Below are positions 58,225-64,000 of a stretch of DNA of 64,000 nt, one piece after another. The stretch's first letter is position 1. Each line of letters starts with the position of its first letter. The notes under the pieces were generated by a model. That model saw only the letters and a program-made list of their open reading frames with translations. It searched no databases and was not told the origin of the DNA. The DNA is taken from assembly GCA_001949185.1 (NCBI GenBank), contig BDGG01000001.1:8936721-9000720 (forward strand), written 5' to 3'. The stretch is from Ramazzottius varieornatus. Taxonomy: Eukaryota > Animalia > Tardigrada. The position numbers and the translations under genes were made by a program.

Positions 58225-61200
58225 GGTTACGGAACAGTAGATAGAAGTTCTGAGGAGGTAAAGAAAAAGATCGCCGCTACTGTAGACAACAGAACAGAAC
58301 TTTCAAATAAAATTGAGAAATAATCACAGACTTCGATATGTGGAGTCTGTCACACCGGTCAATCAATACAGACCAAATCAACGCCAGAGACAATGGTATA
58401 GCCTTTGAGCTCAATCTTGCAAGCTCAAAGCTTTCTAATCGTGTTCCACGCTTGTTCCAGTCAAAAAATCGCTTATGCCAGAGCTCGCTCAAAGCTCGCT
58501 CAAAGGGGTAATATACTTTTTCGCTGGAACAAGGCTAGGTAGCGACCCAAGTATAATTAGCCTTTGAGCCTGCTTTGGAACAAGGCTCGCTCAAAGCCTC
58601 CTGACGCGAGTAAATTGCCGCCTTAAGAGGTTTGCTTGCTGTCCGTTACTCGGAATGTCACATTCAGTTTTGGAGAAGTCATAAGGGTCATCTCTCACCG
58701 GTATCTTGGAAGGATTGTGCGCTGTTCACCCACCAGGGTACATAATGGCTACAAACCCCGAACTTGCACAGCACAGCACGTTACGACTTTCCCAGCGGCG
58801 CGTGTATAGTAAGTTATTGCACATAACAGAAATGTTTTTCCTCTTCCTGGTGCACCGTCAACGTAAAAAACTCCCGGAGTCTGACTGTCAACTTTTTGTT
58901 GAATAAGCTGAAAAGTTTGGGTTTGTTCTCTGTTGAGTTGTCCGCGGGTGTCGGTGAATTTTTCAAGATTGGTCGTGCAGTTGTGCCGTTGTCGCTCTTT
59001 GTCGGTTTCGCTAAGGTTGTTGTGAGGTGAAGGTAGCGAGAACTCGTCCATTGTTCTACTGTAGCTTTCCAATCTAGCCGATGAACCCAGTAGCAAATGG
59101 TGTAGTGCTCTTTCGTAGGAAAGATTTTCACGTAACTTGAAATCCATCCCTATATATTGCTGGTGTTTTGAAAATAGGTTCAGTGCCGGACCTCCTTCGG
59201 TTATCAGGACTATAAACAGAAAACGAAGTTGCGTGGGAGTACATAACCATTCTTTCGCCTCATCCATACAAATTTCGGCTTCCGATGTATCATCCAAGAG
59301 ACCCATAGCTTTTGCGCAGTCTGAATAAGTTTGGTATTTAATGCCGCTAATAGCGCACAGTTCTTTGAACGACCTCGCCGGTTTGTTTTGCAGCAATAAT
59401 CGTAGGTACCAAAGTTCACCGCTTTGGAGACGCTTGACTTCCATTCTGGTTATGTGGAGACCTGTCCGTCGATGAACTGTTCCTGTGTTTGGTGCGGGCA
59501 CTTTGTCAAACCAGATATATTGGGCAGAGCGAGCATTGGTTTGGTCTTCGCGTTTTACCGTCACCACAAACTTTTCATAATATTCCAAATATTTTAAATT
59601 TTCGAATAATGGGTCGTTCGGTCGGGCAAAGTAGCGATCAAGTTTGGAAAATCTTTCTTTCGCACTATCTCTCCAGTTCTTGTTCGAATCGTTGTAAACT
59701 ACATAATTTTGGTCTTCGAAGTGAATAGGATAACTTAACACAGATGGTCTCTTCTTGTCAATTCAAAACTGAAAATACGCTAAACAGCTTCCGAAGCGGA
59801 TAAGTATCGACCGTGAATGTAAAGCTTCGTTTTGTCTTTTGATATAGCGTTTAAGTAATCCAATCCCTTATACAGGTATTTGTACAGGTGAATAATCAAA
59901 GTCACGGACGCGGCTAACTCCAAATTTATGTGACAATCGAAAGCTATAAGCACGTCGGCATTATAAGGCTCAACATTCAGATCAGCTTCATGGCGCCGGC
60001 GATATTGAGGATAGCCAGCATCGTTGATATATGTTTCTCCGTTGATACGTTTGGGGTATCTGTAGTGACAACTTCTCTGCGTTTTTTCCTTCTCTGTGCG
60101 GCAGCATTGATCGGGATAATGTTTATGCAACATGTGTTTCTGAACTGTCCGACGTAGTAACGGTTCTTCCGGTAGTTCAGCGCAGATAACTTGGTCAATT
60201 TCTTCTGGCGTTTGTGGTTCTCACTCATTCTAACAGCGATATGAGCATGAGGGAGACCACGGGGTTGAAACTTTACCACAACGATTTTGCAGATTTGTTT
60301 CGCTTTGAAATATCTTGGCAAACATGCTTGAAACTGTTTCACGATTTCTGGACAGTCCGAAGCATTTTGACCAGAAAGTAATCTGCTGGTCATTTCCGGC
60401 CAGTTTGGGTTACATGTGAAGGTAGAAAAGTACGTTGGGTTTTTTAGTCGGCAGATTACGGCGAGCGCATCTGAGATCATCTGCTGATTATGTTGGAAAG
60501 AACCAATAAAAGATGCGGGTAGGAACACGCGTCCATCGTTGTTATTAGATTGGGGATCGTTCTGTCGACAGATCTTGGACTGGTTATGACATATCCAACT
60601 TAAGCGTTGCTCCTCTATACAACTGAATATGTCCAGACAGAACTCGTTTAAAAATCTCCCCAGCGACATTAGTGCGACACAGCGAAGAATGATTTGCCGG
60701 TAGAACATCATAACTGTAGTGCCTTTGGATTTCTCCTGTCTGTCGATGCTCCAGCCGGGCGTTCCCTCCGGGCAAATTACGATATAATGTAACGGCATAA
60801 ATAAGGGAGATGTGACTTTGATAAACGTGGGACGGGTTTTGGTTTTTTTCCAGCAGACAACAGTTCTGTCTTTCAGTTCACCAGATGTTTCAGGGACGAT
60901 AACAGCAACAATTTCATTTGTACTCCGAACTGCCAGTTCGGGCCGAGCTTCATTACTGGGTCGGTCAGCCAACATTTTGAACTGTCGTAAAAGTGGGTTA
61001 CATTTGCCGAGAATATTTCGTAATTTAGTGACAATAGCTTCATCGAATTGCAGGTTTTTCATGATCTTCTGAGGATACTGTGCGTCATTGAAAAACCATC
61101 GTAATGGTCCTCACTCGTCGCTTCCTTGCATCATGCGGTGATAGGTTCTGCCCTTCAGAATGAGGTTGCTGGGCCCATCTTGCTGTTCGAAACATCCGGT

Positions 61201-62885
61201 GGTACCAATAGCCGACATCAACAATGAATTGTTATACTCTCGTGAATGAGTTCGAAGCCGAATGGATTTCAGATAGAGTCGTTTTAGAGCTGAAGGCAAG
61301 CTTGGAATTTCTATCGTCCGAAGGGTTCTTGTTATTATGACCGCAACAAAATCCCTTTGATTCCGTGTTCATTATTAATGCTTTGCACCCCGAGACACGT
61401 TATCCATCTCAACCGTAAGAGCATTAGCGTAAAGGTCACAGATGACTCATCGATCGAGATCACGATATAGCTTTGATTCCGTGTCTTGCACGTGGTGCCT
61501 TTCATTGTGTGAGTTGATGTCCTCACTTGAGTATTCGCTTCAGAAGCTTTCCAGGTCACTCTCGTTAGGTCCATCAATTGCCGAATCAAACGACGGGTTT
61601 TCAACGACGCCTGACTGATCCTCGTCAAAAACGGTGCTGTCGTCCAGTGTACTATGTAAATCAGTGCTGAAGTCGAAGCTTTCCGAATAGTCATTAATGC
61701 TTTCATCGTGATAGTTGTTGAATTCGGTCCTGCGCCGATTATGGTGGTCGGATTCAAATTCTGCTTCGTTTTCCGTCTGACGCACCTGTGTCCGCGAACC
61801 AGAGATTTCTCTTTTCTTTTTTGCACTGTGACATGATTTGGATTTGGTGCGATTCCGTTTTTTCTCCGAACTCGAAGCTGATTTGACAAGGAAAATTTGC
61901 AACCGTCTGTAATCGGCCCTTACGGATATATATCTCGACCCGTTCTTTCGTTTAGGCATCATGAAAATCCGGCCGATTGGCGCTAATGTACGTCAATTCG
62001 TGCCTGTGGTTTAAAGCACAGTGATCTTTGAAGGACATCAGTGAAAAGACAGGATAGTTCGTTGCATAGCTCGTCCAAACCACGATTTTTTGCATCAAAA
62101 TCATGAAACTGGAATCAGGATTCTGGGCACACCCGAACTGAAAATCGTCCAAATCAATAAACTGGCACGATTGCGCACTGAGCTCAACGATTACGTCAAG
62201 TTTTTTTGGCCGGAAACTAAGTTTGAAAGCCTGGGAACTCATGGTAAGAAAAAAATCTACGTTATAATAAGATAAGGGTAGGACAATGACGTAAGGTCGG
62301 GGTCGGTAAGGTGCTAGTCTCACGAGGCAATACTGAGCAACCGCGCCCCATGTTGATACATGCCTGCAGACTTGTCAATGCGCAGCAGTCTGCCGCATAG
62401 GCGTTTTTGTGAGCGGTATCGAGACAGACATGGTCAGGCTTGGGTGACGGCAAAAGGCCTTATCCATTGCTGACGTTGCTGCGCTCTCCGGTGGTAAGCC
62501 GGATCTTCTGGAAACTGCCTGTTCCTTGTACACGGTACGCAATACTGTAAGCCTCGATTCTACGCTTCCGCCTATAATTACACGAAAAGTTTGTTTGCGG
62601 ACCACATCAGCACTAAGTTTTCAGACATACTGTAACTCCGCCGCAAATGCCCTGCATACTCTAGGGTTAGACACTTTCCCGCATACCTCTGCCGGACACA
62701 ATCTTTTAAGAATTGAGTTGCATTAGTCAAGGCAGGAAATTCTGACCAGTTCTTTCACAATCTGCATTTCGAAGTACTAAATTAACTTTACTTGCAAGAA
62801 AGGCATTGTCGCTTTGAGGTCCGCACTTGTATTGAAAATTTGGCTGGTATGCTCTAAAAATCCAACCTGTCCCAACGCAGCCGAA

Positions 62886-64000
62886 ATGTCTGCTTGCGAA
62901 GAAGCAGCACAGGATATCGAGGAGACGCTACTAAAAAAGCTACCGTACGACCCACAGTGGTACGACGTATGGCGCACGGTGTTTTCCTTCGTAGCAAACG
63001 ACGATGCCACACTGTTTTCCCTCCTGGAAGCATCGACAAGTTTCCGAGCTTTTTTCCGACGGGATGTGCTGGAGCGAGTGGACTCGTCACCTTACTGGAG
63101 AGATGCCTTGGTCAAGCGTGGAGTGCGCATCAGCACCCTGAGCTCCTTGTCGTCGCAGGAGGACTCGCCCTCTCTCACCTGGTTTGACCGTTATCGGCAG
63201 TATGCAAAGAGTATGGGATGCTACCGCTGTTTTTGGCGTCTCTCAAGTGGCCAGCCGGTTAACCCATCCGCATTTTACCGCAGTGATGTAGGGGAAAGAG
63301 ACATCACAAACGATTCAGGATCACATCAAAACCCCGGCCACTTTTCAAAGGGACCTCCTCCCAGTGCTGACGTAAGTTCTGCTGCTGTCACGTCATCCAC
63401 TTTTACTCTACGTTTGTTGTCTAGCCGATTTCTCTGCGCTCACAGGTTGGCGATTGGAAGGTTGCAAGGTTTTGCGAGCGACAAACGGACTTTGCCTACC
63501 TTATTGTCACCATCATCGGACCACCAGATACGCCCTACGTCGGAGGGCGCTTTCAGTTACTCATTGTCTTTCCTGAAAACTACCCTGCCGAGCCACCACA
63601 GGCTAAACTGCTGACCAAGATTGTCAGTCCGTACTTCACGGACCACGGGGACTTTTACTGTAAATACACCAACTTTGACGATGCAGCCGATTACGAAACT
63701 TTCCTAGGATATCCTCCATACTGGCACACCATGTAAGTTTCTTCTTCTACCGCTATATGTAGCCACAGTGTACAAAATGCATTCCTGCAGGCCATCGCCC
63801 CAACTCAGTAACATCGATTAATGACAACAATCTAAGTTGGATTATCCAAAGGATGATCTGCAGGGATGCATTTTGTACACTGTATAGTGAGTTGTCTGGC
63901 TGATTTGATCCTGACCACTGCGGTTCACTTCTAGGTATTTTGTGGACCTCGTCCAGCAGTATCTGAGCTTTTCGTTCTGCCAAGACGCGCCCCCAGGCCT
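62886..64000 (+). CDS. F-box-like protein (structure downstream of the first exon unresolved)
   Basis: MSACEEAAQDIEETLLKKLPYD..VWRTVFSFV..DATLFSLLEASTSFR...YWRDAL...WFDRYRQ resembles an N-terminal F-box followed by the typical W...W..Y helix region. Confidence 0.45.

Larger units (their letters stand above)
55059..58623. mobile_element. PIF/Harbinger DNA transposon nested in the Helitron helicase
   Basis: TAA TSD at 55056-55058 and 58624-58626. Perfect 15-bp inverted repeat AATTTACTCGCGTCA at 55066-55080 and 58602-58616, with the outer 7 bp diverged. Contains convergent transposase and MADF genes. Subterminal GCTCGCTCAAA repeats at the right end. Confidence 0.92.
53976..61300 (-). pseudogene. 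Helitron RepHel (HUH Rep + Pif1 helicase), frameshifted and split by a Harbinger insertion
   Basis: YNNSLLMSAIG, TFTCNPNWPE, FQPRGLPHAHI (HUH), LYKYLYKG (Y2), Walker A GAPGRGKT, WDEITM, GDFRQIPP, QFPLRPGY..TVNRSQGATL and FSHGQIAVAMSR. Multiple stops and frameshifts. Confidence 0.93.
51497..62330 (-). mobile_element. Decayed Helitron (RepHel + RPA70-like gene); 5' boundary approximate
   Basis: Fragmented RepHel ORFs. Candidate 3' end on the minus strand: GCGAGCCGAAGGCGAGC (GCC-GAA-GGC mini-hairpin, 51523-51507) followed by CTTG|T at 51500-51496 (CTRR-like). 5' TC end not identified. Confidence 0.8.

Overview
Eukaryotic (animal) genomic DNA from a very compact genome with short GT-AG introns. 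A tardigrade such as Ramazzottius is plausible, but that is inference only. 1-9.3 kb: a minus-strand secreted protein with three hemopexin-like domains followed by a >5 kb Thr-rich mucin array (four 50-N assembly gaps lie in the first 10.1 kb). 11-42 kb: a dense block of conserved intron-containing genes: GLUT sugar transporter, BTB-BACK protein, NXT1, SRSF10/12, GW182/TNRC6, nicastrin, PKNOX/Prep, Enhancer of polycomb and a probable CRTC. 42-50 kb: a hAT relic and two unrecognised secreted low-complexity proteins, one encoded by a 9-exon micro-exon gene absent from the ORF track. 51.5-62.3 kb: a decayed Helitron (RepHel plus an RPA70-like gene) with a PIF/Harbinger element inserted exactly in its helicase and two small TA-flanked MITEs. 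The window ends in an F-box-like gene. The main unexplained signal is a family of 21 intronic 49-bp palindromes, CAAGTGGCGCAC-N25-GTGCGCCACTTG. They have an almost invariant 25-nt spacer and an oriented core, occur in 9 of the 10 genes between 8.7 and 41.4 kb, and were not found in exons, intergenic DNA or the TE region. All gene models were spliced by eye and all family assignments are by motif recognition, not database search.
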